The notes under the pieces were generated by a model. The model did not search any database, was not told the origin of the DNA, and saw nothing but the letters and a program-made list of their open reading frames with translations. Positions 31,038 through 41,519 of a stretch of DNA of 64,000 bases are shown here, in pieces. A program made the translations under genes and the position numbers. The DNA is from Planctomycetota bacterium (GTDB lineage Bacteria > Planctomycetota > PLA2 > JAEUHO01), in the NCBI GenBank assembly GCA_965222115.1, contig CBDCTJ010000007.1, positions 1,344,001 through 1,408,000 on the forward strand. Direction: 5' to 3'. The first letter of the stretch is position 1. The number at the start of each line of letters is the position of its first letter.

Positions 31038-31430
31038 ATGACCCTGTGGATGCCCATTCTGGCGGTCTTTGCATATGCGATACCCACACTCGTGGCGTTC
31101 GCCGTGGTTGCCTTTGTGTGGATCAGCGCGCGACACGATCTCCACCCCAAGCGATTCAAGATCAGCGTCCGGCCGCATAAGCCCAAAAGGGCACCCAAGC
31201 GTGAGGAGGTTGTTTCATATGGCGCAAACACGAATAAGGGTTCGGAGGGAATCCGTCTCACACGCCGACGCTTTACCTTCACGCGGCCTGACAACCCGAA
31301 ATGGAGCTATGTCTTTGCGTTCGTCGTTGCGGTCATTTGGTTTGGCATGTTCGGGTGGCCAGGCGCACTTTACGCGTCGATTGCACTTTTCGGAGGTATC
31401 TACCTAGTCACAAAGATCCCCTCGAGATAA
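31038..31430 (+). CDS. Small membrane protein
   Basis: Three hydrophobic segments; TAGCCT 6 nt before the ATG. Confidence 0.6.
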   Translation: MTLWMPILAVFAYAIPTLVAFAVVAFVWISARHDLHPKRFKISVRPHKPKRAPKREEVVSYGANTNKGSEGIRLTRRRFTFTRPDNPKWSYVFAFVVAVIWFGMFGWPGALYASIALFGGIYLVTKIPSR

Positions 31431-31438
31431 GACGCCTC

Positions 31439-33190
31439 CTACCCCAACGCCTCCTTGATTCTTTCCGCCACGCGCAACGCGTTTGCATAAATCGTAAATG
31501 TGAATGGCCCGCGACCACCCGATGGCATGAAGCTGCCGTCGGTCACGTAGAGATTCTCAACGTCATGGGCGCGGCAGTCGCGGTTGAGTACCGAAGTCTT
31601 CGGGTCGTCGCCGAATCGACAGGTTCCGCCGACGAGGTTGCTGCTGGGTCCGCCGGGATTGGCGGTGTAGCGGATGTGCTTGGCACCGAGGGCTTCGAGA
31701 ATGCGTTTGCCGCGAGCTACGAGGAGCTTTGCGGTGGTGATGCCTTGCGGGTGATTGAATGATGTGACGTGTGCCACGGGGATTTTGAATCGATCCCTGA
31801 GGTACGTGCCCTTGGGGGACTTGGCGATCTTGACGTGGCAGTTGGGCGATGGGATCCACTCGCCGAAGACCTCGAAACGAATCGTGTCAATCTCATTGAA
31901 GTAGTGGTTGAGCTTGTCCTTGAGCGCTTGACCCCAGATGGGAAAACGCGTGCGATCCCATAGCGCTTGACGAACGGCCGCGGTAATGGGATTGGGATGC
32001 ATCAACAAGAAATTCAACGTGCCGCCACCAACCATGTGCTTGCCGGGCGCCGTATTGGTGCCCGCGTTCTTGGTATCGGGGTTCTTGGGATCGTAGTGAT
32101 ACCAATCCTGAACGATGCGATTCACGAACGGCTCGGATGTCCGCGGCGTGCGCTTGGGAAGTTCGCCCCACCCCGCGCCAAACGTAGAAAACAGGAGGTT
32201 CTTACCGACTTGCCCACTTGAGTTGGCCAAGCCGTTTGGGTGATTCTTTTCATCGACCGAGTTGAGCAAAAGGCGCGCGGTTTCTATCGCGTGGCAGGCG
32301 ACGACGAACACCCGCGCCGTGACCTTGTGAACCTTGCCCTTCTGATCAATGTACTCAGCCGACTCGATACTCCCATCGGGCTTGCAGTTTAGTGCACGAA
32401 CCATGGCACGACTGCGCACGTCGCATCGACCGGTGGCTTCCGCGCGTGGAATAAACGCCGCAAGAGAACTGCCTTTGGCATTGGTATTGCAGCCGTAACT
32501 TCCGCAGTAGCCGCTGTAACTGCACTGCTGACGATCCTTGTAGAACGTGCTTAGCACCGCGCGCGGTAGCGGAATCGAGTGGAGCCCCAGCTTTTTGCAC
32601 GTGGTGTCCATTTCGGCGGCCAAGGGATGCTCGCGCGTGGGCGGCAAGGGAAAGTCCTTGGACGATCGCTTATCGGTGAGTTGCTCGGGAAGCTTGACGA
32701 CACGTCCCGATACGCCGACCTCTTTCTCAGCACGGTCATACCAGGGTTCCAGCTCGTTGTAGTCAATGGGCCAGTCGGCCAGCGACGCGCCCTCAAGCGG
32801 TCCATATACCGAGTTCGTTTTGAACTCATCGGGCTTCATGCGCATGAAGAAGCCACTCATCAAGACACTTGCACCGCCAACTAAGGAGCCATTGTGGTAC
32901 TTGTCAGTGACTTTGGTTGTTGCCGATGTAGAGCCGCCTTCTGTACCCGCTCCCGCGACACCGGTTGAAACACCTGCCTTAGCCGTGTCGAGCACGGGTT
33001 CGTCGCGCGGCGTGGGCCAAAGCGTTGGCCGGCGACACATTACGATTTCGTCTTTTAGAAACTCGCTGGGCGCGTAGCGCGGGCCCTTCTCCAGCACGAT
33101 GACGGTGTGTCCCGCTTCGGCCAGCACCGCTGCAACGGGGCCGCCGCCCGCACCACTACCAACCACCACAACATCGGCGTCAAAACTCAT
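31439..33190 (-). CDS. GMC family flavoprotein oxidoreductase
   Basis: DVVVVGSGAGG FAD motif, C..SG.C..YGC cluster, GTCRFG.DP.TSVL and NLYV.DGSF.P. Confidence 0.92.
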   Translation of the reverse strand: MSFDADVVVVGSGAGGGPVAAVLAEAGHTVIVLEKGPRYAPSEFLKDEIVMCRRPTLWPTPRDEPVLDTAKAGVSTGVAGAGTEGGSTSATTKVTDKYHNGSLVGGASVLMSGFFMRMKPDEFKTNSVYGPLEGASLADWPIDYNELEPWYDRAEKEVGVSGRVVKLPEQLTDKRSSKDFPLPPTREHPLAAEMDTTCKKLGLHSIPLPRAVLSTFYKDRQQCSYSGYCGSYGCNTNAKGSSLAAFIPRAEATGRCDVRSRAMVRALNCKPDGSIESAEYIDQKGKVHKVTARVFVVACHAIETARLLLNSVDEKNHPNGLANSSGQVGKNLLFSTFGAGWGELPKRTPRTSEPFVNRIVQDWYHYDPKNPDTKNAGTNTAPGKHMVGGGTLNFLLMHPNPITAAVRQALWDRTRFPIWGQALKDKLNHYFNEIDTIRFEVFGEWIPSPNCHVKIAKSPKGTYLRDRFKIPVAHVTSFNHPQGITTAKLLVARGKRILEALGAKHIRYTANPGGPSSNLVGGTCRFGDDPKTSVLNRDCRAHDVENLYVTDGSFMPSGGRGPFTFTIYANALRVAERIKEALG

Positions 33191-33858
33191 GACTCTGACG
33201 GCCTCCAGTGTTCCTTCGCGGGCCGAGGAAAGCCGGAGCGGTGGTTCGCCCATTTCCACGCCACTTCACCGATGTTTCCGCCGTGGACGGGATCGCCGAA
33301 AAACGCCTCCAAGGTGTAGGACACTGCGCGCTTGAAGAAGTCGCGACCCACACTGAAGCGCATGCCGCGTTGCTCTACAGTTTCGCCTTCAAAGTCCTTT
33401 AGCACCTTGACTTGATCCGCGTCGGACAGGGACGCGAAGTCTGAGGCGCCGCGCTTCGTTGCGTGGTCGTCAAGTCGCTTGGCGCAGTCGATGAAAATTG
33501 CCAAGTCGTTCGGATTCACGCCTGGATCCTTGAGTACGGCATCGAGGTAGCCAATGGCATTGACGTCGGCAGCACCGGGATCTTTCGGGCCACCGGAGGG
33601 AAGAATCTGGTTGAGGGCGGCGTTCAGCGTTCGCGCTTGTTCTTGTTTGAACGATTTCCAACCACCGCCGGGCGGCGTGGGCGTGATGCCTTTCGCGCGC
33701 GCCGGATCGCCGCAGCCTTGGAACCAAAAGAAGCTGGTCGTTGCGAGGCTCGCGGCGGCGCCGCCCGTTGTCAGCAAATGACGGCGCGAAACGCCCTCTT
33801 CCATTAGCTCGTCGAGCGCTCCGCCGGAAGATGTTGCGTCAGAAGAAGGATCGCTCAT
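33187..33858 (-). CDS. Gluconate 2-dehydrogenase subunit 3-like Tat substrate
   Basis: SRRHLL twin-arginine motif, PGA, 'F.DP.HGGN....W' motif; overlaps the GMC start. Confidence 0.88.
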   Translation of the reverse strand: MSDPSSDATSSGGALDELMEEGVSRRHLLTTGGAAASLATTSFFWFQGCGDPARAKGITPTPPGGGWKSFKQEQARTLNAALNQILPSGGPKDPGAADVNAIGYLDAVLKDPGVNPNDLAIFIDCAKRLDDHATKRGASDFASLSDADQVKVLKDFEGETVEQRGMRFSVGRDFFKRAVSYTLEAFFGDPVHGGNIGEVAWKWANHRSGFPRPAKEHWRPSES

Positions 33859-33917
33859 GGATGGACTCGCAAGATCGTGCGTTGCGAGTCAACGATACAC
33901 CGGGAGTGAAGCTAAGA

Positions 33918-35087
33918 CTAACGACGTGTGGGCGCGGCGAGATCCCGGTCACGCGCAGACTTGCTGCGAACATGACCCCACACGTGGAAGTTGTTGCGTC
34001 CGTTTTGCTTGACCTGGTAGAGCGCGCGGTCGGCCTGTGACAGCAAGTCATCGAGGGTGCGTTCTGGATCCGTGCTCGCGCTCCCGGCATCGAGCACGCT
34101 CACGCCCACTGAACACGTCACCTCAAGACCCGGCTTGATGCGCGACCAGTTATGTGCGGCCATGCGCTTCACCACGCGTGCGGCGAGATCCATGCCGTGA
34201 CCGGGATCTGCAGCCACAGCGGCGATGGCAAACTCTTCACCGCCTACGCGTGCCATGTGATCCATGGGACCCGCGGTGTCACGCAATACGGCCGCTGCTT
34301 CACGTAGCACGGAATCGCCCACACTATGGCCGTGGACATCATTGATGCGCTTGAAGAAGTCAAGATCCATCATGAGGACCGAGAGCGGCCACGAGTAGCG
34401 TTCGGCGCGCGCGATTTCGCCCGCCATAGTCTCTACAAACGCTCGGCGATTAGGCAGGTTGGTCAAGGGGTCACGTGTTGCCCGGTGCGTTAGACCCGTG
34501 ACTTCAACGTTAAAGCGGCGCAACGCCCGTGTGGCTACGTATACGCCGAGGAATAGAAATGCTGTACGCAAGCCAAGTGAAATGAGCTCGCTGTTGGGCA
34601 TGATACGCCCACGCCTAAGCGCAAGTTCAATCTCGGCGAGGCCGCTCGCTGTGATGCCGGATGGGAATAGCCAAGCACACAGTGCGTAGAAGAGGGCAAG
34701 AACGCATGTGATCACTGTGGCGCGATGGCGCGTGAGCACCGTACCTGCGAAGACGCACGTCATGAGTAGCAGAATAAAGAAGGGACTTGCTAGTCCACCC
34801 GACTCAAAGGTGACGAGCACGATGAATATGCCTGCCAAGAGAAAGAGCATTGTGCTGCGCTTGCTCTTATGCGCGTTGGGTCCGGTGCCCCGAGAGTACT
34901 CAATGGCGGCGAGTCCAAAACCCATGAGGACGCCGTCGAGGAGCAGCATCAGTGAGCCGCGGGATCCCTGCGTGCCCATGGCTTCGAACACACCATGAAG
35001 CAGAAGCGCGGCGCCGCCGGTCCACAGCAAAATTTGCCCGTACAGGCGCATGAGATCTTGCGGCCGCGTACGTCGAACGGCGGACAT
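33918..35087 (-). CDS. Membrane-bound diguanylate cyclase (GGDEF)
   Basis: Multi-TM N-terminus, DPLT.LPNRR, DLDFFK.IND.HGH..GD, RVGGEEF, S.GVS and AD.ALY..K..GRN. Confidence 0.92.
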   Translation of the reverse strand: MSAVRRTRPQDLMRLYGQILLWTGGAALLLHGVFEAMGTQGSRGSLMLLLDGVLMGFGLAAIEYSRGTGPNAHKSKRSTMLFLLAGIFIVLVTFESGGLASPFFILLLMTCVFAGTVLTRHRATVITCVLALFYALCAWLFPSGITASGLAEIELALRRGRIMPNSELISLGLRTAFLFLGVYVATRALRRFNVEVTGLTHRATRDPLTNLPNRRAFVETMAGEIARAERYSWPLSVLMMDLDFFKRINDVHGHSVGDSVLREAAAVLRDTAGPMDHMARVGGEEFAIAAVAADPGHGMDLAARVVKRMAAHNWSRIKPGLEVTCSVGVSVLDAGSASTDPERTLDDLLSQADRALYQVKQNGRNNFHVWGHVRSKSARDRDLAAPTRR

Positions 35088-35259
35088 AGGGGTAGAACCA
35101 GGGGCGATCACGAATCTCCTGTCGGCCCACCACGGACCGATGTTCGTATCGACCGGCCCGAAGTAGGAATTCATGAGTTCCTTGGATCCGGGTGGCGTTC
35201 TGGCCTGCGTAGAGCGTGACTGGATTGCCACCACGCGCGGTGTTCGTAGTCTGTCAGCA

Positions 35260-35661
35260 CTACGCTGAATCGTCGGATGTGTCTTCGAGTTCCTCAGTCG
35301 CCGTCGATTCAAGTAGCCATGTCAAGTAGCGCGTGGAGGCCTGCTTGGGCGCAATCGCTACGAGTTCGGGCACGTCGTAGGCATGGAGGTCCAATACGCG
35401 GGCGCGCAACGCATCAAGTCGCTCGACAGTTGTCTTGATCAGCAAGAGCGACTCGGGGTCGTTGGAGACGGCATCCTTCCAGCGGTAAACGCTTCGGAGG
35501 CCAGGGATAACGTTCACGCATGCGGCCAAGCGTTCTTCCACAAGCGTAGTAGCGATCGATTCGCTTTGTTTGGGCGGAATGGTACACAGCACAATGCGCA
35601 TGTCGGCAGCGGGTGTCCACGTTGCGGCGTTGGCATTCTCAGGAGATTGGGTGTCGCTCAT
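35260..35661 (-). CDS. cutA: Divalent-cation tolerance protein CutA
   Basis: LVEERLAACVN, S.YRW and H.YDVPE motifs. Confidence 0.93.
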   Translation of the reverse strand: MSDTQSPENANAATWTPAADMRIVLCTIPPKQSESIATTLVEERLAACVNVIPGLRSVYRWKDAVSNDPESLLLIKTTVERLDALRARVLDLHAYDVPELVAIAPKQASTRYLTWLLESTATEELEDTSDDSA

Positions 35662-35813
35662 GGCCCGCCATCGTGCCACAGCGGGTGCCACTTCGAAGAA
35701 TGCTGCGCCCCCTTGGCACTGATTGCCGATAAATTCACTGTTTGCCTAGACGCCGAACCATCTAACTGCGCTCGCGTGTGCGCGATCGTTTCCCAAGACC
35801 GGAGGCTCGTTTC

Positions 35814-37646
35814 ATGTGCGGGATCGTCGGTCTGATTGGTGAATGCGAAAGCACCATTGCCGATCCGATTGGGCGTGCCCTAAGCACGCTGCGCTTGCGT
35901 GGACCCGACGGAGGGCGACGGTCCAACCTACAGTTGGGCATCCTCCATGCCACGTTCGCTGCGCGCCATCTCGCGCTGGTAGACCCCCGCCACGCGCGAC
36001 AACCTATCGTTCGCCCCAGCGGCGCTACGCTTGTTTGGAATGGCGAGGTTTATAACCATCGTCAACTGCGTGCTGAACTTCGCGATCGCGGGGAGTCGTT
36101 TGAAACCGAAAACGACGGTGAGGTACTCGCCGCACTGCTTGACTGCGACGGAATCGACGCGCTGCGCCGTGTGGAAGGTAGCTACGCGTTCGCGTTCTTA
36201 GGTGGCCCCCGTGGACCACTCTATCTGGGTCGCGATGCGATGGGTGTGCGCCCGCTCGTCTATGCGCGCCTTCCTCACGGACTCGTGTTTGCCAGTACAG
36301 TCGATGCGTTGGTATCGATGGGTGTATTTGATCCCGTTCCCGATCTCAACGCCATCTCCGATGTGTTGCGCGACGGGGTTGTGCCTTCGCATCGCACAGC
36401 ACTTCGCGGCGTACACCGCGTTCCGCAAAACTCCGTCATTGCATTCGATGTCAATCTTCACAGTTGGACGCAGCGAATCGAATCGGATGAAGACGACGAT
36501 GCCGAGTCGCACGAGTCTCTGTCTGTACTTGATCAACTGCGCGAGGCCGTTCGGGATCGATTGGCGGTCGATCGTCCTGCCGGTGTCTTGTTGTCTGGCG
36601 GTGTAGACAGTGCGTTGATCGCCGCATTGGCGAGCGAAGACCATCGCGTGCCGCTCTACACCATGGGATTTCCAGGTCATGTCAATCTCGATGAGTCGGC
36701 ACGCGCAAAGCGCACCGCGGCACGTCTGCGACAAGAACACATCGTTGTGCCCTGCCCGGATGATCCTACGGCGTGGGTATTGGGGATGGTGAACGCCTTT
36801 GATGAGCCCTTTGCGGACAGCAGCGCGGTGCCGGCGTGGGGTATTGCGCGCGCGATGCGTACGCGTGTGCGCGTTGCACTCACCGGTACCGGTGGCGACG
36901 AGGTGTTTGGTGGCTATCGACGCTATTGGTTGGTGGGGGCGGGGCCTTGGTTGCGTCACGTTCCAGAATTTGTGCGCGCGCCGGTTCGCAAGGTCTTGGA
37001 ACGTCGCGCCCCTGGCAGTGCCCGTGTGCTCGGTGCGGTTGACGATCCCGAGGGGTTCTATCGCGGGTTGCTGCGACTCCGTCCGCTTGGTGAAGTGCGA
37101 CGCGTTATGGGTCCACTTCTCAGTCGCACGGCAGAACCGGAGCACCGTCAAGGCCCCTTGTCTGCACGCGACGCCATGAACGAAGACGTCTTGCGTTACT
37201 TACCCGACGATCTACTTGTCAAAGAAGACCGGGCCTTTATGGCGCACGCCATCGAAGGGCGCCATCCCTTTCTTGATCGCCGCGTCATCCGTGCGGCAAG
37301 AGACTTGGAAGTGCGCGTGGGCCCCGGCCGTGGCCAACAAAAACAAGTCTTGCGCGCCTACGTTCGCGACGTGATCGACGAAGACTTGGCCCGCGTCGCC
37401 AAACGCGGTTTCGCGTTCCCCGTGGACGCGCTCTACCGCGGTCCCCTGCGACCCATGGCCGAAGACGCCCTACTTGGCCAACGTGCACGTGAACGCGGCT
37501 TCGTATCCCCCGTCGGCGCTCGCCGCCTCTTCCGCTCCCACCTCTCCGGCAAAATCAACGCTGGCCAAATGATCCACGCCCTCGTCGTCCTCGAACTCTG
37601 GGCCCGCCGCATGCTCGATCGACGTACGTTTCGATCGTCGGTGTAG
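35814..37646 (+). CDS. asnB: Asparagine synthase (glutamine-hydrolysing)-like amidotransferase
   Basis: N-terminal MCGI, RGPD, NGEVYNH, LSGGVDS, GGDEVFGGY, E.R.PFLD and K.GF..P. Confidence 0.88.
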   Translation: MCGIVGLIGECESTIADPIGRALSTLRLRGPDGGRRSNLQLGILHATFAARHLALVDPRHARQPIVRPSGATLVWNGEVYNHRQLRAELRDRGESFETENDGEVLAALLDCDGIDALRRVEGSYAFAFLGGPRGPLYLGRDAMGVRPLVYARLPHGLVFASTVDALVSMGVFDPVPDLNAISDVLRDGVVPSHRTALRGVHRVPQNSVIAFDVNLHSWTQRIESDEDDDAESHESLSVLDQLREAVRDRLAVDRPAGVLLSGGVDSALIAALASEDHRVPLYTMGFPGHVNLDESARAKRTAARLRQEHIVVPCPDDPTAWVLGMVNAFDEPFADSSAVPAWGIARAMRTRVRVALTGTGGDEVFGGYRRYWLVGAGPWLRHVPEFVRAPVRKVLERRAPGSARVLGAVDDPEGFYRGLLRLRPLGEVRRVMGPLLSRTAEPEHRQGPLSARDAMNEDVLRYLPDDLLVKEDRAFMAHAIEGRHPFLDRRVIRAARDLEVRVGPGRGQQKQVLRAYVRDVIDEDLARVAKRGFAFPVDALYRGPLRPMAEDALLGQRARERGFVSPVGARRLFRSHLSGKINAGQMIHALVVLELWARRMLDRRTFRSSV

Positions 37647-38683
37647 GAGGCCATGCGGATGCGCGAACGGTGTGGGAGGGCGAGCTTTGAAATCAGCTCT
37701 TCGCTCACTTTCTCTACCGCAAGAAGGCGGCAAATGGATAGGTGCCGCCATTCAGCACCAATGTCAGGCGGTCAGCCGGACAGAATCTTGTTGGGTCTAC
37801 AGACACGCAGACCAGACGCCGCGGTTCATTGGCTTGAGCCAGATCGCTGGAGGCGCTTGCGCGAAGCGTATTATCGGCCGACAAAAACACATCTGGCTAC
37901 TCGCTCGGTTAGTCATTCTTACACAACAAACGCATCTCGATCAATTGCAGTCAATGAGAGCATCATCGTAGCTACAAGACTAGATCATTGCATCTTGACG
38001 CTGCACATTTCCATAATGTCTTTCAGACTCAGGCGTGTTGGACTGTCCGAGTAATGATCCGAATTCAGGTTTCCGATGGATTGGAGCTCTTTCGAAAGCG
38101 TATAGCCCGTAGCGGTACGCTCTAAGACGGTTGCCTTTGAAGCTGGAGTCAGTAGGCGACTTCCATCGAGATAGATAAATTTCCAACTCAAAATGACCTC
38201 GCCGTGAAAACGTGCGACCACATCGGTTGGCGATGCTTGTCTGTCGGCAAGGGTCCCGTCCTTTAGTCACGCCGCATAGCGCAAATCTATCTCATGTGAG
38301 AGTCTTGAATCGGCTCCCTACGCAAGCGTGACATTTATGGCTCCTCGGTGAGCGTGCGCATTGCCGTAGTAGATAGATGTGAGTTCCGAGGCGTTAGCCT
38401 GATCGGAATGATAGTCCCATCGCGAAAACGAAGGCACAGGGATCCGGGCCTAATCCTGGCTCTCTGAATCGAGAACTAGCTCTGCAAAACATGGAGTTTC
38501 ACAGACGTCCTAGCCTTTCAGTCGAACGAGTGACTGACTCAAATCCTGACTTGCCCTTTTAGGGGATGATTGAATCGCAAAGCATGGTGATCAAAATAGT
38601 CGTACGCCGCCGTGGTGTCGGATACCATTGCAAAGTAAATCCACTGAGTTCAAGGATCGCAATTCAACGGGGGAGGAGTACGA

Positions 38684-40516
38684 GTGCTTCCTAGAATTTG
38701 CATAGCTCTCGTTCACGGAGTCGGTGTTCCGGAACGTGCGAGCATGATTCGGTCTGTGTGCAACGCGCTACGTTCCGAGAGCGATGCAGAGGACTTTATC
38801 GACATATCTGAGGCGAATGCAGATGACCTAGAACGTGGCGTCCTGCACACAACGAGTGCAGATGGCTCCATTTTGGTTGCTTCAAGCTACTGGGGAGACC
38901 TGTCGCTTGTGCAACCAGGGGTTCTGAACCTCGGACGCTCCATTTGGCGAGTAATTTCGGGATTACCAGATCTCGCACAGCGTGCCGCATCCGGATCCGG
39001 ACAGCTATCTGCTGTGATGTGCTGGTCAAATCGAGCTATCGCGGCGCTAATCGCTGGTCCATTGACCGCCTTGTACATTGCGTCTGTGCTCGTTGCGACT
39101 GTCCTGACTTTGGCTCCCATTGAATCAGCCGCACCTCACGGCGAGGACTCTGCTGTTCGTGTTTCGATTGGAGGAAGTTACTTGGTCACGCTGTTGGGTG
39201 GTTTGTACATTCTAGCGCGTGCCAGAAAATTGCTCCGGCCAAGGACCGCACTGAGATGGTTCGGGCTGTCGGTGTTCCTCGTTGGACTGTTAGGCCTACT
39301 AGCGCTTCTAGTACAAAATTCAATTCTAAGACGGATATTCGAGAATCATGACTATGATGCGGCTATGGTGGGAAGCGGTGGCATTGGTGATAACGTAACG
39401 ATGTCGACTGCAGGATTGCACCTGTGCTTGAACTGGTTTGTTCAGGACTTGGTGATGCTCTGTTGCTTTTTCTTCGTTATTGTTTCTGTGACAATTGTGT
39501 TGATCAAAATTGTCCGTGAACGGAGTTACGAGAAGTGTGCTCCATTGAGAGCTTCTTGTGTTTCCACTTTCTTGCTCTGGGCGATCTTTGCTATTTGTGC
39601 TGAGCCGTTCGACTTTTTCGTATACAAATCAATTGCGACAGCCACTGGATCTAGTGGCTACATGCTTTACTGGTACGAAATCGCTCTTGTTGCATGGTTG
39701 GTGGGGACGGTGATCATCGGCGGCGTTGTGTATATGGTACGAGGAATCGAAGCGAAGAGACACTTTGAGGATCCCGAAGAACAGCCGCCCCCCAGTCGCC
39801 TCCTTTTGTCGCTGCCGAATGAGATTTGGATCATGGCCTTCACGTTTGGAATGGCAGTCTTTGTCTGGGTGAACTCCTTGCACATCGTGAAAGGTAGATC
39901 AAGCCAGCTAGATCCGAATGTGATCCCGGTGTGGTATGTCAACCTAATCATTTTTGCAGTCATTCTTGTGGCGCTCGTCTTCTCGAGGCCCTTGCAAAGA
40001 GGCTTGCATGTAGTGAGTGATCTTGTCGCGCACTTCTCCTATCCGAAAGACGGCTTTCCCATTCGTAGGCAGATTCAAGAACGGTTCGACAGGCTCTTGG
40101 AGTTTGTGAAGGAGCACTCGGCTGCCGATGCCGATCTTGTAGTAATCTCACATAGCCAAGGCACTGTAGTTGCCGCGAATCAACTATCGAGGGCTTCATC
40201 TCTGCGCTACATTCAGGGTTTTAAGTCGGTGACGATGTTTACGTTCGGCTCTCCATTGTCGCACTTGTATGGCTACTATTTTCCGGATGGGGCGTCTGGG
40301 GCATCAAGACAACAACTAGATAGGCTTGCGCGAACCGTCCATTGGCACAATGTGTATCGAGTTGATGACTTTGTCGGTACGTCAATCGAGCTATTGCCTG
40401 CCACGTCTCAATCTAGGTGCGCAGTTGGAGGCCACAACAACTACTGGAGACCAGACGTCATGGAGAGAGTTAGGTTCGCGCTTAGGCTGCTTCACGGAGG
40501 GCGTGTGTCGATTTGA
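38684..40516 (+). CDS. Multi-TM alpha/beta-hydrolase-fold protein
   Basis: GGAGGAG RBS, N-terminal VHGVG, many TM helices, SHSQG nucleophile elbow, TFGSPL, W.N.YR.DDFVG and GH..YW. Confidence 0.8.
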   Translation: MLPRICIALVHGVGVPERASMIRSVCNALRSESDAEDFIDISEANADDLERGVLHTTSADGSILVASSYWGDLSLVQPGVLNLGRSIWRVISGLPDLAQRAASGSGQLSAVMCWSNRAIAALIAGPLTALYIASVLVATVLTLAPIESAAPHGEDSAVRVSIGGSYLVTLLGGLYILARARKLLRPRTALRWFGLSVFLVGLLGLLALLVQNSILRRIFENHDYDAAMVGSGGIGDNVTMSTAGLHLCLNWFVQDLVMLCCFFFVIVSVTIVLIKIVRERSYEKCAPLRASCVSTFLLWAIFAICAEPFDFFVYKSIATATGSSGYMLYWYEIALVAWLVGTVIIGGVVYMVRGIEAKRHFEDPEEQPPPSRLLLSLPNEIWIMAFTFGMAVFVWVNSLHIVKGRSSQLDPNVIPVWYVNLIIFAVILVALVFSRPLQRGLHVVSDLVAHFSYPKDGFPIRRQIQERFDRLLEFVKEHSAADADLVVISHSQGTVVAANQLSRASSLRYIQGFKSVTMFTFGSPLSHLYGYYFPDGASGASRQQLDRLARTVHWHNVYRVDDFVGTSIELLPATSQSRCAVGGHNNYWRPDVMERVRFALRLLHGGRVSI

Positions 40517-40641
40517 TGATGACCTGCCCTTCTTGATCGAAGACATAGTCGATCGTGAAGTCGCTACTGGAGAACTTTCGCGCAATGGATAATGCGCTGC
40601 GGTATCCAAGATCGTCGAAGTTAGATCGTAAGCACCCCGCC

Positions 40642-40853
40642 AACAGCCTTGAGAATCTAAATCGATAAGTCAAACGGCGGACCGCGGCGGACCGCGGTGG
40701 CCCGCCTCTTTCCAAACGAAGCTTCCTTGTTGAGACTCGTCAGCGCAGTGCTTATGGAGGTCAGTGAGGAATGGGAAGCCGGTCGGAGGTACCTGCACAG
40801 AGACGACGCTTGATTCGACATTCAAGAATTTACAGAAAAAACGTTGCACTTTC
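40642..40853 (+). mobile_element. IS256-family transposase C-terminal remnant with terminal repeat
   Basis: Translates as NSLENLNR*VKRRT / FPNEASLLRLVSAVLMEVSEEWEAGRRYL, with an internal stop and a 10-bp duplication. IS256-like end GAATTTACAGAAAAAACGTTGCACTTTC at 40826-40853. Confidence 0.85.
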
Positions 40854-41019
40854 GATCCTGCGATCTGGATCATCCGTATTTGCTTTAGTGATTTCGATGA
40901 AGTCATTCGAACCGTCCGAAGCTCGGAGCGCTTCGCACACAGATCGAATCATGCTAGTGCGTTCTGGTACTCCTAACTCCATGGACAAGGGCAATACAGA
41001 CTTTCGCGTCATTGTTCAC
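40854..41019 (-). pseudogene. Truncated, frameshifted paralog of the 38684 hydrolase N-terminus
   Basis: VCIALVHGV/GVPERTSMIRSVCEALR..DFIEI..AN.DD versus ICIALVHGVGVPERASMIRSVCNALR..DFIDI..AN.DD; ends at the IS end; GGAGG RBS. Confidence 0.8.
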
Positions 41020-41195
41020 CAATTCACCTCCTGCCCGATCCGCACACGAGGTGAGCCGTGATCGGATCAACCACTACTTGAACAGCCCTCAATTTAGATG
41101 ACAGCGCACAGATTCTCTATATCGTAGCCTGTAACGGGTAGCACACCTGCGTTATCCACCTTCGATGAGGCCTTGTTTGGGAACCGGGAGAGAGT

Positions 41196-41501
41196 ATGGC
41201 CGAGCGAGTATTTAGAATCGAGAAAGAGACATCTCAAGTGATATGGGGATCTATTGACGGTCCAGGGCCCGTCGGTGTCGACTTGATTGTCCTCGTTTCT
41301 CTTGACGAACTGTCCCAGGAGCGAAAAATCGCCACACTGGAAGCGGTTGGCGAGGACGCAAAACGAACCAGGTTTTCTGCATTGTTGGGGTGGAATGACT
41401 GGATCCCAATAAACGTCAAAGACGTGCGGGCACTTGTTGTGAAAGCGAAAGACACGGACGTAAAGGTGCGAGTGACCGTTCTAGATTCGCGTCAATCTTA
41501 A
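41196..41501 (+). CDS. Hypothetical protein
   Basis: GGGAGAG RBS; 101-aa beta-rich ORF. Confidence 0.6.
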   Translation: MAERVFRIEKETSQVIWGSIDGPGPVGVDLIVLVSLDELSQERKIATLEAVGEDAKRTRFSALLGWNDWIPINVKDVRALVVKAKDTDVKVRVTVLDSRQS

Positions 41502-41519
41502 TTGGAAGGAGGGGTTGCG

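Noticed and set aside
35814-37646. AsnB-like protein as a lasso-peptide cyclase
   Set aside because: It has an intact N-terminal Cys glutaminase domain, and no precursor, peptidase or RRE gene is nearby.
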